Shown here one piece after another: positions 24,101 to 37,101 of a stretch of DNA of 64,000 nucleotides. This DNA comes from Macrostomum lignano (lineage: Eukaryota). The stretch covers positions 1 through 64,000 of the forward strand of contig NIVC01000392.1 in assembly GCA_002269645.1 (NCBI GenBank), given 5' to 3'. Within the stretch, counting starts at the first letter, position 1, and each line of letters opens with the position of its first letter. The position numbers and the translations under genes were made by a program. Below the pieces are notes generated by a model. That model did not search any database. It saw only the letters and a list, made by a program, of their open reading frames with translations, and was not told where the DNA came from.

Positions 24101-26980
24101 ACTATCTAAAGTATATGGAAGAAGTATTTAAGCGAATTCAAGATGCCAACCTAAAGTTCAAAGGCAAGAAGTGCCATCTATTTCAGGCAAGTCTAAACTA
24201 TTTGGGATATCTAGTTACTAAGGATAGTATCAAGACCGACCCAGCGAGGATCGAAGCTATTCAGACCTGGCCAAGACCAAGAACAGCTCGACAACTTAAA
24301 AGTTTTGTCTGCATATGCGCTTACTATGCTAAATTCATACCTGGCTATATAGAACTTGTAGCTCCACTTCATGATTTAATTAAAGAGAAGAAAATCTGAA
24401 ATTTCAATTGTCTATGGGGAAAAGCCCAACAAGATGCGTTTGACCAGCTCAAAGCAGCTATGACTTTGATATCAGTGCTTGCGTATCCGCAGTTCAGCGA
24501 GGATCCGGATGTAATGTTTGTCCTGGACACGGATGCTTCTGCAACCAGAATCGGAGCCTGCCTGAGCCAACGCCAAGCTGACAGGATTGAGCGCCCAATT
24601 GGCTATTTCTCCCAGCAACTCAAACCGGCTGAAGCCCGATATCTGATTACTACACAAGAACTCTTGGCAGTTGTAGACGACATGCAACATATCCGTTTCT
24701 ACCTACTGGCCAAGTTCATTTGTCAAACCGACCATGCAGCGTCGACCTGGATTCTCTGACGAACTCAGCAAGTAGGCATCTTTGGACGATGGCTACAGCG
24801 GCTAAGTGAATTTGAGTTTGAGATCCAGCATCACAAATTGAGTCAGAACCAAAACGCCGATGGTCTCTCAAGATGGCCCAAGGACGATGCTGAATGCATG
24901 GAGGAGGCTCAGTGAAAGGCAGCTGATGAGGACCAAAGTAAGCAGCCAGCTGCGATAACTGGCGCAGCGGCGCCAAAGGTCCATGACAGCAGTCACCCTA
25001 GCCTTCCATCGAGCAAGAAGCCATCAACCCGCCGTATGCGACGGAGACCACCGACTAAGCCGAAGGAGTCCAATGGCAAGGCTACGCCGCCAGCAACACT
25101 GACAGCCGATAGCAAGCCGCTGACAGAGCTGCACCTGCCGGCAACAAAGCCGAGGCCATCAGCTAGCCATTACGATGACTCATAGAGGTTGCCAACCAGC
25201 TTCCAACTACCGCTGGTCGGAGCCAAAGCCGCTGACTACTAGCTGAAGATGACACGGATAGCAACCACAGCGCAGCCAGAGAGGACAGCTGCCAACCCGC
25301 TCGCTGCCCGAAGTTCGAGAAAAGAGTAAGATTCAGCAGCGACGCGGACAGCTCTGCTGACTTATCATTATCTGCCAACAAATCTGAATCTGACAACAGT
25401 GATGCCGAAGCTACTGATGAGGATCGACCTTCGGGTACATCAACAGCATGGCAACCAGTTCAAGTAGTGATCATGCGGAGGGAGCTCCAGACCCCGAACC
25501 ATGCCGCCACGGCCGAAGCCGCGCCGACTAACTTGACTAGCTGATACCCAACAGTGAATCTAACTGATCACATCCCGAGGCCAGTCACACGAGAGGAGCT
25601 TCAGACTCATCAGCATGCTGACTCTGCCATCGCCATGATGATCAATCTATTGGAAAGCCAATAGCCAAAGCTGCCATTGAATCAGCAATTAAATATGACA
25701 CGAGACAAACAAAATCTATTAGCGTTCTATGAACAGCTCGAAGTCCAAGACAATGGACTACTAGTGATACATCTTGACAATGTTGGCAAGGAAGAAATGG
25801 CACGGATTGTCCTACCAAAGAGTCTCAACGCCACAGTGTTCGCTGACCTCCACGGTTTGCCCTACCGTGGACACATGGGCCGAGACCTCACCAAGGTGCG
25901 CGAGACATTCTGGTGAACTGCCCTGGCCAAGGCAGTGTTTGACTATGTCGCTTCCTGCAAGACCTGCACTTAGAGCAAAGGACGGCGACGAATTCTGGCG
26001 CATGTACAACTGTTTCCAGTCTGTGAACTCTATGGGCGATATGCAATCGACATCCTGGGCCTCACTGGAGACCCGACAGACCGAGGAAGCAAGTACATCT
26101 TGACCCACGTCGACAACACATTGAAATACCCTTTCGCCTTCGCCATGAAAAATCAGCGCGCCAAAACGATCATAATGCTCCTGCAGGAACAAGTGTTTCC
26201 GATCACCGGAATCCCAGCATGGATTCACTCCAATCAAGGGAAACAGTTCACAGGACACGAGTTCCGGCATTTCTGCGAAGTATACCGCATCCGGCAAACC
26301 ACAACGCTGCCGTATTCGCCCTGGGCCAATGGAAAAGCCGAGTCGTGCAATAAGAACATCAAGAAGGTGCTCACTTGCCTCGTAGAAGACCATCAACAAT
26401 GGGACAATATGTTGCCAGCCGCTTTAACAGCTCTAAGATCAGCAGTCAATCGTAGAACTGGGTTCTCGCCACATTATGTTGTCTACGGAGTGCCCTACCA
26501 GTATCTGATCAATAACACCCTAGACCGACTGGATGTATCAGCTGATCTCCTGGAGTACATTGCCAAGCATCAGCGCAGACTGGCCGAGACAGAACAAATT
26601 ATGCGACAGTGACTGAGGACTGAGATCCAGCGCCAAGAGGAGTACTATGAGAACCGGCCGAAGCCCGTGGAGCTGCAGCCCGGAGACTTGGTCTGCCTGG
26701 CCAACCCAAAGCTTGAACTGGGAGAGCTGCCCAGAGGGTACAAGGTCGTCAAGAAAGTCGGAGAAGTGGCATACTGGATCAAGCCAGCGACAGCCTGCCG
26801 AGGATGCCCAGCTGAAATGCTAGTTCACCGCAACAACATCATCAAGGTGCCGCAAATGATGGCAGATTGACCACAGGAGTGGCCAATGTTGCCCTATGAG
26901 TCGAGCGAAGACAGCGAAGCCAACCCAACCGATCAGCCGACCCAACCACTCTGTGTGCCACCTTAAAGTGCACGAGGGGT
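21182..26980 (+). mobile_element. Decayed Ty3/Gypsy retrotransposon 1 (gag-PR-RT-RH-IN)
   Basis: Gag 21519-22545 with CYRC..H..C knuckle remnant; protease FLIDTGS at 22741; RT AYLDDV; RNase H VLDTDAS; integrase IHSNQG and WANGKAESCNK. Many stops and frameshifts. Possible PBS TGGTGACAGCG at 21182. No matching LTR pair found. Confidence 0.9.
22539..22545 (+). promoter_or_regulatory. Putative -1 ribosomal frameshift heptamer GGGAAAT (Gypsy 1 gag/pol)
   Basis: X XXY YYZ pattern at the end of gag, in the same position as in Gypsy 2. Confidence 0.5.
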
Positions 26981-27789
26981 GATGGCTCAATTCCAGCGGT
27001 TGAATTTTATTTCCTCTGGTTGGCTTACAATTCCACCAGTTGGAATATTTTGTGTCCTATTTAAAGGAGCCATTTTCTAATTTTTCACCTACGGTTTTGT
27101 TTTGGCATCTTGCTCTGCAAAGTCAGCACCAATTTGACGAGCCTTGTGTCATGAATTCCAACGACCTGAATGTTTCTGCCAAGCCGCCGACCGCCCAGGC
27201 ACATTGGCTATCAATAAGCGAAAACAATGCCCTGCGGGCCTACGCTGCCATCGCGAGCAGCACGGCGCCAGCATGAGACTAACTGCGCCAAGCTTTAAAC
27301 GCCAATTTAAGAGCCAATAGCATACTAGCAAAGAGCATAGGCGTAACTAGCCAATAGAAAGGGGAGAAATATCCAAATAAACTGTTCGAACTGAACAAAC
27401 CAATGGGAAGTCGTATATGACAAAAGCAAATCTGTAAGAGGAAATTGAAATTCACCGGGCAACCTTGATCCATTGGAAGGCGCTGCTTTAGGACTTAGTC
27501 ACCCCCCTCTTCCCCTAGCTAATCAGTGTCTTGCCGCTTGGGCACTGCGCGCTACCAGGGCAGTCCATACTTACGCGAAGGCCCATAATCTCAACTCCGT
27601 GACATCATATTTTAATAGCTTATAACAATTCTAAAAGCTAATTTTGTAGAATTCTAGAATTTTAACAAATTTCATAATAGTACAACTTAGTAACAGTAGT
27701 GAAATTGTGAATAGACATAGGAAACCCCTATGACAACTTGGTGGCAATTATAGGATTCCCAACTTAGCTTAAATACCCCTCCAACAACT

Positions 27790-27810
27790 TGGTGGCAGTG
27801 GAAAGGGATT
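27790..27810 (+). promoter_or_regulatory. Primer-binding site, tRNA-Leu-like (TGGTGGCAGTGGAAAGGGATT)
   Basis: 3 nt after the LTR terminal CA; resembles the common tRNA-Leu PBS TGGTGGCAGCGGTGGGATT. Confidence 0.7.
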
Positions 27811-28837
27811 GAGATCCAGTGATAAGACCCGATATTGCTGAAAATTTGAATTGACAAAGAGAATCTATAGACTCGGAAGCCATGGCAGCAATCAATGATG
27901 CTATTGGGCTATTAGCAGAATAGTTGAGGAATAGACTAGAATTAGGGCCCATGAGACATATTAAAATTCAGAAGTACACCCCCAGCCAAGATATCCGCAT
28001 CTGGCTGGTAGCCTTTGATCAGCGATGTGACGCCGAAGGAATAGACATAGCCAATAGGAAAACTGAGTTAGTAGCTAATTTGGAATTGTCAACTGCTTTT
28101 GCTGCAGTTCAGCGATTGAATTTGCCAGAAGAGCTGACCTATGAGGAGTTCAAGGATAGGCTTGTAGAAAGATTTGGTAGGCTAGGAAGTGCTTCCGAGT
28201 TCCGCAAAGAATTTCGAGGAAGGATGCAGGGAAGAAATAAGGCAACCGATATGTTCGCCGATGCCCTAATAGAACTGTCAAGCCGAGCATTCCCAAACAT
28301 GAATGCCAAGCAATGAGAAGAGGAAGTAGTAGAACAATTTATAAAAAGTGCCATAATCCCCCCAGATACAAGGAAGAAGCTGATCTTTGCGCAGCCAGCT
28401 ACCAGTAGCCTGCAGGAAGCTAGGCGCATGTTGAGGCGCATCGAAGCTGCTTGGCACATGTCCCACAAGAACGGAGTAAGAGATAAAAGATGAAGAAGGA
28501 AAGAAAGGAAGGAGAGTCTGACAGAATTTGTCAAGAAGCAGAAAGAGGAGCTGGAAAAGCAGCGAAAACTCATCCAGGAGCTACAGGCGGAGAGCGGCAA
28601 AGAGAAGGTGCAGGTGTATCAGCTAATGGCTACTCAGCCAATGCACTATCAGCCTGCTATAGTACAGCCTCAGCCTGTACGAATGGCTCCTCAGCCCCAG
28701 CTTTTGCGATACCAGCCCAGGGCGTATCAGCCACAGCCACCCCCGCTAATGAACCAGCGCCCCAGGTTCCAAGCGCAGTCTCAGCCACCATTGGCTAGAC
28801 CTAACCAGCATCGATTCCCGCCAAGAAACCCGAATCA

Positions 28838-28844
28838 GGGAAAC
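28838..28844 (+). promoter_or_regulatory. -1 ribosomal frameshift heptamer G GGA AAC (Gypsy 2 gag/pol)
   Basis: Gag reads CAG GGA AAC TGA (stop 28845-28847); the -1 frame is open into the protease ORF at 28853. Confidence 0.75.
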
Positions 28845-31800
28845 TGAATGGCGTGTGTCGGAAGTCGAGGCCACGTCCCTCAAGCAGAGCCCCAAGTGAA
28901 AAGCAGGCCTCCCAAATTCCCCGCCAACCCGCTTGCGATATGGCAAATGGAGGATGGCAACTTGTAAAAAGACGCAAGCAAAATGCTTATGCACCCAATG
29001 AAAAATTGCACCCTGTATCTACGCGAAATGCACCAATTGTATCAACTATGCCTGCATCATCTACGTCTACAATATCAGCACCCGCACCTGCTGTCGCAGC
29101 AACCGCATCTGTTGCTACAGCATCCCAATTGCTTACTTCGCCCAATGTGTCAATTGCCGAGACCTCAGTCATCACGCCGACGACAGTCAAGCCCAAGAAG
29201 ACGCGTCGAAATCGCCGCCGCAAACCCAAGAAGACCCCAGCCAATGCCAAACTCGAGCTAATCAGCCCCAAGAGCTACAAAGCGATCGTAGTAGGCAACA
29301 TCAATTGCCAAGAGATTGACTTCCTGCTAGATACTGGAGCTAGCAATAATTTCCTTAGTAAGTCAGTCTGGTCTAAAATTTTCAAGCCTGAGCAAATCAA
29401 AAGTACAAGTAGAAGAGTGTCTACTTTTGATAGAGCCACAGTACAGCTAGAAGGAGAAATTTCCGTTGCTGTTGAGTTTGGAGATATTTGAATTGAAATA
29501 ACATTCCTATTATGTGGCCACGAATGTGACAACATTTTGGTAATGGAATTCTTTCTTGAGCAGTGCGAAAGCATTCACCTGACAAAAGGGATGCTGATCC
29601 TGAAAGAAGGAGCCTGCATACCTATGCAGTACACGCACATGCCTGTAAGAGTCTGCAGAGTGTACACTCAAGAAAAGGCACTTATCCCTGCGAATAGCGC
29701 ACTGCGCATTCCAATAAGAATGGCGAAAAATGCCGAAGCTAACTCTGGCACCCCAATGACCATAGAAACGATTGGTGATGGCGTAAGAGCCAAAGAGCTA
29801 ACGATCGAAATGATCCCAACTCTGGTCACCATGCAGCAGGGCACCGCAGTCGTCGAAATTGTGAATTGGCATCCCGTCGAAGTGAAGTTGCCTAAGTCTA
29901 CACTGGTAGGGCTCGCTAAGCCCGTGAAGGCTAAGGATCTGCTCTATTTGTCGCCGCCAACATCAGATCAGCAATCAGCAGCAGAAGCACAAGATTCAGC
30001 CCGTGTCAACCAAGTTCAAGCCACTGAAGAAGAGTGGGTGAGTGAAATTAGCATTGGTCCTGAATTGACTACTGAACAGAGAGCAGCAGTAGTAGCATTA
30101 GTAAAAGAACACCGAGAAGCTTTCTTGCAAAATGATCTCGATATGGGATTAACTCATCTAGTGACCCACGAAATTTCTTTGAAAGACAGCACCCCTGTGA
30201 GAATCCCTACTCGCCAAATCCCTCCCCATCTCCAAAAGCAGGTTGACGTGCAGCTAGACGACATGCTAGCGAAAAATCTCATTCGTCCCTGCTACTCCAC
30301 TTATTCCAACCCATTAGTCATGGTGCCAAAGAAAGATGGCAGCATTTGCATTGTCAGCGATTTCTGAGTGTTAAACTCGCGAGTGAACTATTTCCCCTAC
30401 CCCCTCCCGAATATCCAAGAAACCTTCTCTAACCTCACAGGAAGCCAATTCTTCAGTAGCCTCAATCTTAACTCAGGCTATTGGCAGGTCCCAATTAAGG
30501 AAGAACATAAGTTCATGACAGCTTTCTCCACCCTGACGAGAGGACAGTTTGAGTACCAGGTGATGGCACAGGGATTATCCAATGCCCCTGGTACCTTTCA
30601 GAGGCTAATGAACTTAGTACTTGCTGGAATTCAGCACAAATTTGCTATGTCTTACATTGACGATATAGTCACTTATTCAAAGCAGTTTGAAGACCATTTG
30701 TCTCATTTAAAAGAAGTTTTTCAGAGACTAATCAATGCTGGATTAAAGCTTAGAGCGAAAAAGTGCAATTTGTTCCATAGAGAGCTGAAGAGGCCACGTG
30801 ATAGGAAGGGATGGTATTCGAACTGACGAAGCAAAGATCGAAGCGATCAAAAGCTAGCCTAAACCGAAAGAGGTGAAAGAGCTACGTAGCTTTCTAGGAC
30901 TGTGTAATTATTACAGTCAATTCGTAAAAAACTATGCTGTAGCCGCGCACCCACTGTTCCAGCTCACCTGAAGGGGAGTGCAAAATTTCTCAGCAAAGTG
31001 GACAGAGGTGCATGATAAGGCTTTCGAATCATTAAAACAGCGCATGATGTCAACAGAGGTGCTTGCGTATCCTGAATTCGTAGATGACGAAAATGTCAAA
31101 ATGGTTCTGGATACCGATGCCAGTGAAGGAAGGATTGGGGCCTGTTTAGGCCAGATCCAGTCCGATGGTGTCGAAAGGCATATTGCGTACTTTAGCCGCG
31201 CAATGAAAGAGTCGGAAAAGCGCTACCCTATCACTCGAAAGGAGTTGTTAGCACCTGTAGACGCTATGAGACACTTTCGTTTCTATTTGATCGGAAAAAG
31301 ATTTCTTGCCCGAACTGAACATAAAGCAATCCTCTGGTTGCTACGGCAGACTGAAGCCCAGGGTATCTTAGGACATTGGATTGAGCGCTTGACTGAGTTT
31401 CAATTTGACATTAAACACAGAAGCGGCGCCAAGCATACCAACACAGACAGCTTGTCTAGGAGACCTGCTGAGACAGCCAAAACAGGCCAGAACGATAAAT
31501 CAAACACTGAATTGGTGACTAAAGGCGATAATGCCAACCCAGAATTTCCCTTCCCCAACAGAGCCGAATTGGCCAAACTGAGTCAGAAGGCAAGGGCAGA
31601 GGACAGCTGTACAAGCCAGGCCCAGCCGCCAGTTGAGGACTTAATACCCGATTGCCCTGCCCCAACCCCCCTCTCGCTGAACCATTTAGCCGCCCAGCCC
31701 CCGTGCCATTCAGTCCCCCAACCCTCTGCCCCTTGTAAACGTGTTCAGGATAACAATTTGGAGCCACTGAGCTTGAGCCTTGCACAATCAAGCCAAATCC

Positions 31801-33888
31801 CTGTAAAGCCCAAACATGAACAAGAGAGCGAGGTGCGAAGAGTCGATAAGCTCTTGACTGACTACCTCCCTGTCCCGCTGAAGCGTGACCAAATTGTTAA
31901 TGCCCAGAGAGAGGACCCCTCGATTCGAACCCTCATGCAATAGAAATGTGCAAAAGTTGAAATCCTAGTGCCCCAGAGAACTGACCCCCCGCTGTTAAAG
32001 CAAATGTGCAAAGCCTATGAGGCTATGAGAATCAAAAAACGAATTGTTAATTGTGAAAGAGGACGAAAATTGAAGGTTGTCCTGCCAGAGTCATTAGACA
32101 GACTAGTTCTTGGCGATCTCCACGATAGCCTACTAGCTAGACACCTGGGCAGAAACAAGACTATCCAGAAGGTCCGCGAGAGATTTTGGAAACCCGGACT
32201 GACCATGGCAGTTGAAAAGTACATTTCTGAATGTATACCCTGCCTGGAAAGCAAGCGAGGACATAAGGTCCAAGCCCCTATCCAGTCTTTCCCTATCAGC
32301 AAACCATTTTACCGTCTCCATATTGATATAATTGGACCCATCTCCAAGCAAAGTAGAAGAGGACATCGATATGTGCTCACAGTGGTTGATAGCAGCACGC
32401 GATACCCCTCTGCGTTTCCGATCCGCAACCAGAAATCAGATACTGTCATTAAAATCCTGCAGGAGAGAATCTTAAGTGAGTACAGACAGTGCCACTGGAT
32501 TCACACTGATAACGGTAAAACATTCTCTAGCAGGCAGTTCAAGGCTTTCTGTGAACTCTATAATGTCAAGCAGACATTCACTACCCCCTACCATGCTCAG
32601 AGCAATGGCTTGGTAGAAAGGTTCAATAAGCAGATCAAGTCTATTATTACCTGCCTTATCAAGAAGGATCACAATAACTGGGATCTAATGATTCCCGCTG
32701 CGCTAGTTGCTGTCCGAACCAGTATCAATCAGACAACAGGTTTCACACCCCATTTCCTGTTATTTGGAAGGGAAGCCGTGTTACCTAATGTACGAGCTAT
32801 GGACAATCAGATCAAGGACCCGAAGCACTACGCAGGCTACCCATCCTATGTTGCCGAACATGCCGAAAGACTAATTGTCACACAGAAACTCGTAAGAGAG
32901 AAATTGGAAAAAGTGATAAACCAGAGGCAGGCCACTGCTGAGAATAGCAAGCAGCCAAAACAAGTACCATTAGTAGGAAGTTTAGTGCTTATTAGTAACC
33001 CGCAGCTAGATAATGAGGAGTCGCATAAATTCCATAGACAGCGAAGATCAGCATACCAAGTTTTGAAGCAAATTTCAGAGGTAGTATTTAAGGTGCTAAA
33101 GGAGGAAGAAGGAGAGCTAGTAGGAAAAGAGTTGTTAGTGCATAGGGACAATTTAGCAGTAGTGCCAAATTCAGTTAAAGAAATTGCTGCTAGCCAGTTA
33201 GACAAAACTGCGATCCTGCGAGAGAGCCTAAAGTTAAGGGAAGCCAGTGCAGCACCGTAGAAGCACAAGTTAAGAGAAGCCACCCCTAGAGGGAAGAGAT
33301 AGAAGAAGAAGAATCGGAAGATGAAGACCACCTGAACTGGCAATGCAATCTCTGAGACAATGAGGAATCAGAGCAAGAAAGTGAAAGCGAAGATAAAGCA
33401 TCAAGTGAGTCGGATAGTGAGATTTTTGAGGAAGAAGGCAATGAGGTAGAAGGAGCAGAGCCAATACAAGAGGAAGAAAGAGAGGAGCTCGAACCTGAGC
33501 AACAGACAAACGAGAGTACCGAAGAGGCGCCTAGGACTGAAAAGACGTATAACACTCGTAGTCAGATCAGGCCTCCGAACAGATGTTTGTGCTATCTGAA
33601 AAGGCTGTTTACAGTATGGCGCCTATTGCCTAATCTGACCTATTGAGAGACGAGAAGGAGAGAAGAGCGCACAGGCGCAAATGCTAGGGGATCAATCCTA
33701 TTGGAAGAGAGGAGTTGAGTGTGGAGAGCCAATGAGAGCGCACTATTTGGAAGTTTGCTGGCCTAAACAAATCAGAGGCCACGATCCCTTCTATAGGACC
33801 CCTCCCCAGGAGAGGCCTATATAAGCGAAACCCCGAGGCCCTGGCAGCCACACAGATTTTCAGAGAGACCAAGAATTTCGGAAGAGCA

Positions 33889-35438
33889 ATGAGTGAAGAA
33901 GAGGATTTTTCGTAGCTTAGAGAATTACTCGATATTGAGGATCCATTTCATACGTTCAATGAACTTGATAGTACTACGGCCGATAGGGCCAACGAACTGG
34001 CCGAAAGGGCGAATGCAGCAGCCAAAATGGCTAACGCATCAGTCCAAGTGACAAGTACAACAGTCAAAGTACGAGCAGTAGATTGGCCAGCACGGCAAAC
34101 ATGGGAGCAGCAGCCGACACTGGCAATAGCGAGGCAGCTGGCACAAGCGCCACTACGGCAGCAAATGCAGAAGTTGACAATCGCAGTACGGTCCCAATGT
34201 GGCCGCCCATTAATGATGGCCAAGAGCTGGAGGTGCCTGAGCGGCAGCCGAGGCAGCCATCAAAGCCTGGAGGCCGGCTGCGATCTGTCGTAAAGAGGGC
34301 TGGTTCGCCAGTGCAAGCGCCCACGCAGTCGAAGCGAGCAGCCTCTTCAAGAATTCCGGTGCCACAGGCAGCTGAGAATCGGGCTGCCATCTTGCGGCGA
34401 CAGGCTGCAAAGGCACCCGAGGCGAGCGCTACAACGACGGCTCGGCGTCTAACAGAAGCACATTCCATGATAATGATGCGGCTTGGCCTGGCTGTACGGC
34501 GGATTCTGCCGTGGACCCCACTACAGGAGCGACAGCCAACGCAGGCGACAGCACATTCTAGCCGCCAGCGGCAGCCTGCTCCGCGGAAGCACCCGCAGCG
34601 TTGCCCGCCGCAGTCAGCGCCGTCACAGCAGCGGCCACCAGCCCAGCAGCTGTCGCAGCAGCCCCCACAGCAGCCGACACCAGCGAAGCAGCCACAGCAG
34701 CCGCCGCCACAGCAGCCGCCGCCACAGCAGCCGCCGCCAGCTTAGCAGTCGCAGCCACAGCAGCCGCCATCATAGCAGCCGCTGCCACAGCCGCCGCTGC
34801 CACAGCCGCCACCATTGCCACAGCCTTGTTGCCAGCAGCAGCAGCAACGCTGCTAGCTGCCAGCAAAGCAGCCGCCGCAGCAACCGACGCCAGCGCTGCA
34901 GCAGCTGCCGCAGTCGATGCAAGCGCTGCAACTGCCGCTAGCACCTCAGCTTCCACCGCCGCCAATGCAGCCGATGCAAGCGCTGCAGCCGCCGCCAGCA
35001 CCCCAGCCTCAGCAGTTGCCTACGCAGCCTCAGCAATGGCAGCCGTTGCCAGCACCACAGCCACAGCAGCCACCGCAGCCGATATTAACGGTGCCTCCAT
35101 CATCAAGCGCAGCTTGCGGCATGGACGCGAATCAAGCGCAATTTCAAGTACAACCAAAATCAAGCCAGTTCCCTCGTCCGGCTGACGTCAATGACTTCGG
35201 TGCCAACTTGAGCTGGGCTCTGGCTGAAATACCCGAAGGCCGCCATGTGCACTTTAAGCGAATGCTAGCCCTCATCAAGGCTTACTTGATGCGAATTGCC
35301 AATGTGCGCCTTGACTGCGCTTTGCCACAATGGGCGCATATTCGGCCAGTACTACAAATGTTGATGAGCAGCTACACGCCTGAGCAAGCGATTGCGGCAT
35401 GGCGACGTGCGGTTGCCTACACTCTCCACGCACTTTAA
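33889..35438 (+). pseudogene. Extra ORF3 of Gypsy 2: Pro/Gln-rich protein with a helical C-terminal region, disrupted
   Basis: ATG at 33889 with early TAG; pieces 34027-34293, 34083-34745 and 34917-35438. No signal peptide or TM segment seen. Confidence 0.5.
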
Positions 35439-37019
35439 CAGGCGGGCCACCTGTATTACAGGATCCTCCTACGCATTGAGGTATGTTGGATGGGAGACAT
35501 TCTCGGCTGGACTAACAAATGTGGACTACTAGAGGAGTTTAATATGAACTAATACAAGTGACCTTAATAAACATCTAATACCATTATTTGCGATGTAATT
35601 CTGTTTTGCTACAAATTACCTTAAATTTTCACAAAATTATTACCTTTTCTATTACTTAGCCGTGTGTGTCTATCTATTAATAACTTAGCTTAACCTCCTG
35701 CTTATTTATGCACTACTATTCATGGCATTTGCTTGCATTGAGGTTAATTGCTCAGTTTTTAGGTTATGCTACTTATAACATTGCTCATCCAATTACTACT
35801 GTTTAGCTTTGTGTTTTTACTTACTCCTTCATACTCCTTTGCTTACTACTTCACAATTGTTTAATCCTCTCTATATTGCTTTTATCCATTATAACTGCTT
35901 GAACTTTGCATTCATATTTAATCTACGACTGTCACTTTTATGTGCACTTATTTCAATCGTGCTTTTATTTTAGCTCCATTATTATTCACCATATGTTGCA
36001 CATTCTAGTTAGACGCGCGTTATAGACTACCCACAGTGATGAATAGAATAATTTTCTCACTTTTTATTTTTCTTCCATTCGAAAATTATATTTAGGGAAG
36101 CCAGATGATATAGGTCTAAAGTTGAATTGCTGCCTTTTTCTATAGAAACACAAGCTGTTGAAACCCGCGGATTTTGAACCCAGGGAATTCCAATCCCCGG
36201 AACTACTTTTGCATGTATTCTGAAATCTAAGGCCATACACAAACAAAAACTTGTTAATAGTTAGTAGGATAGAGGTAGACATAAAATGGACACATTTGTG
36301 TAAAATTAGGATTTGAAGCAAACATTGATATTGTTGGCTGGGGTACTTCACAGAATGTCAGGCGATGTCTGTCTGACTCTAAAACATGTATTGGCAAACT
36401 CTGGCCTCTCCGGTCCCTATGTCCCTTGGATCCTTTAAAATTTCTATCGTCTCTTCTGTTTCCTCTCTTCTCTCTCTCGTCCCTCGTCCCTCCTCTCTCT
36501 TCTCTCCTCTCTCCTCTCTTCTCTCATATCTTCCCTCATCTCTCTTCTCTTTCATCTCTCTTATCTCTTGTCTCTTCTCTCTACTCTTTCCTCTCTCTCT
36601 CCTCTCTACTTTTCGTTTTCTCTCTCCTCTCCTCTCTCCTATCTTCTTTCGTATCTTCCCTTATCTCTCTTCTCTTTCATATCTCTTATCTCATCTCTTC
36701 CCTTTTCTTTTCTCTCTCCTCTCCTCTCTCCTCTCTACTTTTTCGTTTTCTCTCTTCTCCTCTCTCTCCTCTATACCCCTCTTCTCTTGTCTCTTCCTTC
36801 TCCTCTCTATTCTTTTCTCTTTTCTCTTAACTCTCTCCTCTCTCCTCTTTCCCCTCTCTCCTCTCTCTCCCCTCTTCTCTCGTCTCTTCTCTTACCTCTT
36901 TCCTCTCATCTCTTTTCTTGTTTTATCTCTTCTCTCTCCTTTCGTCACTCATCTCTTCCCTCACCTCTCTTCTCTCTTGTCTGCGTTTTTATCTCTCCTT
37001 TTTCTTCTTTTATCTCTTC

Positions 37020-37101
<82 letters not shown>

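Noticed and set aside
34558-35185. Poly-Ala antifreeze-like ORFs on both strands
   Set aside because: Alternative frames of the CAG/CCG-rich Pro/Gln segment of Gypsy ORF3.
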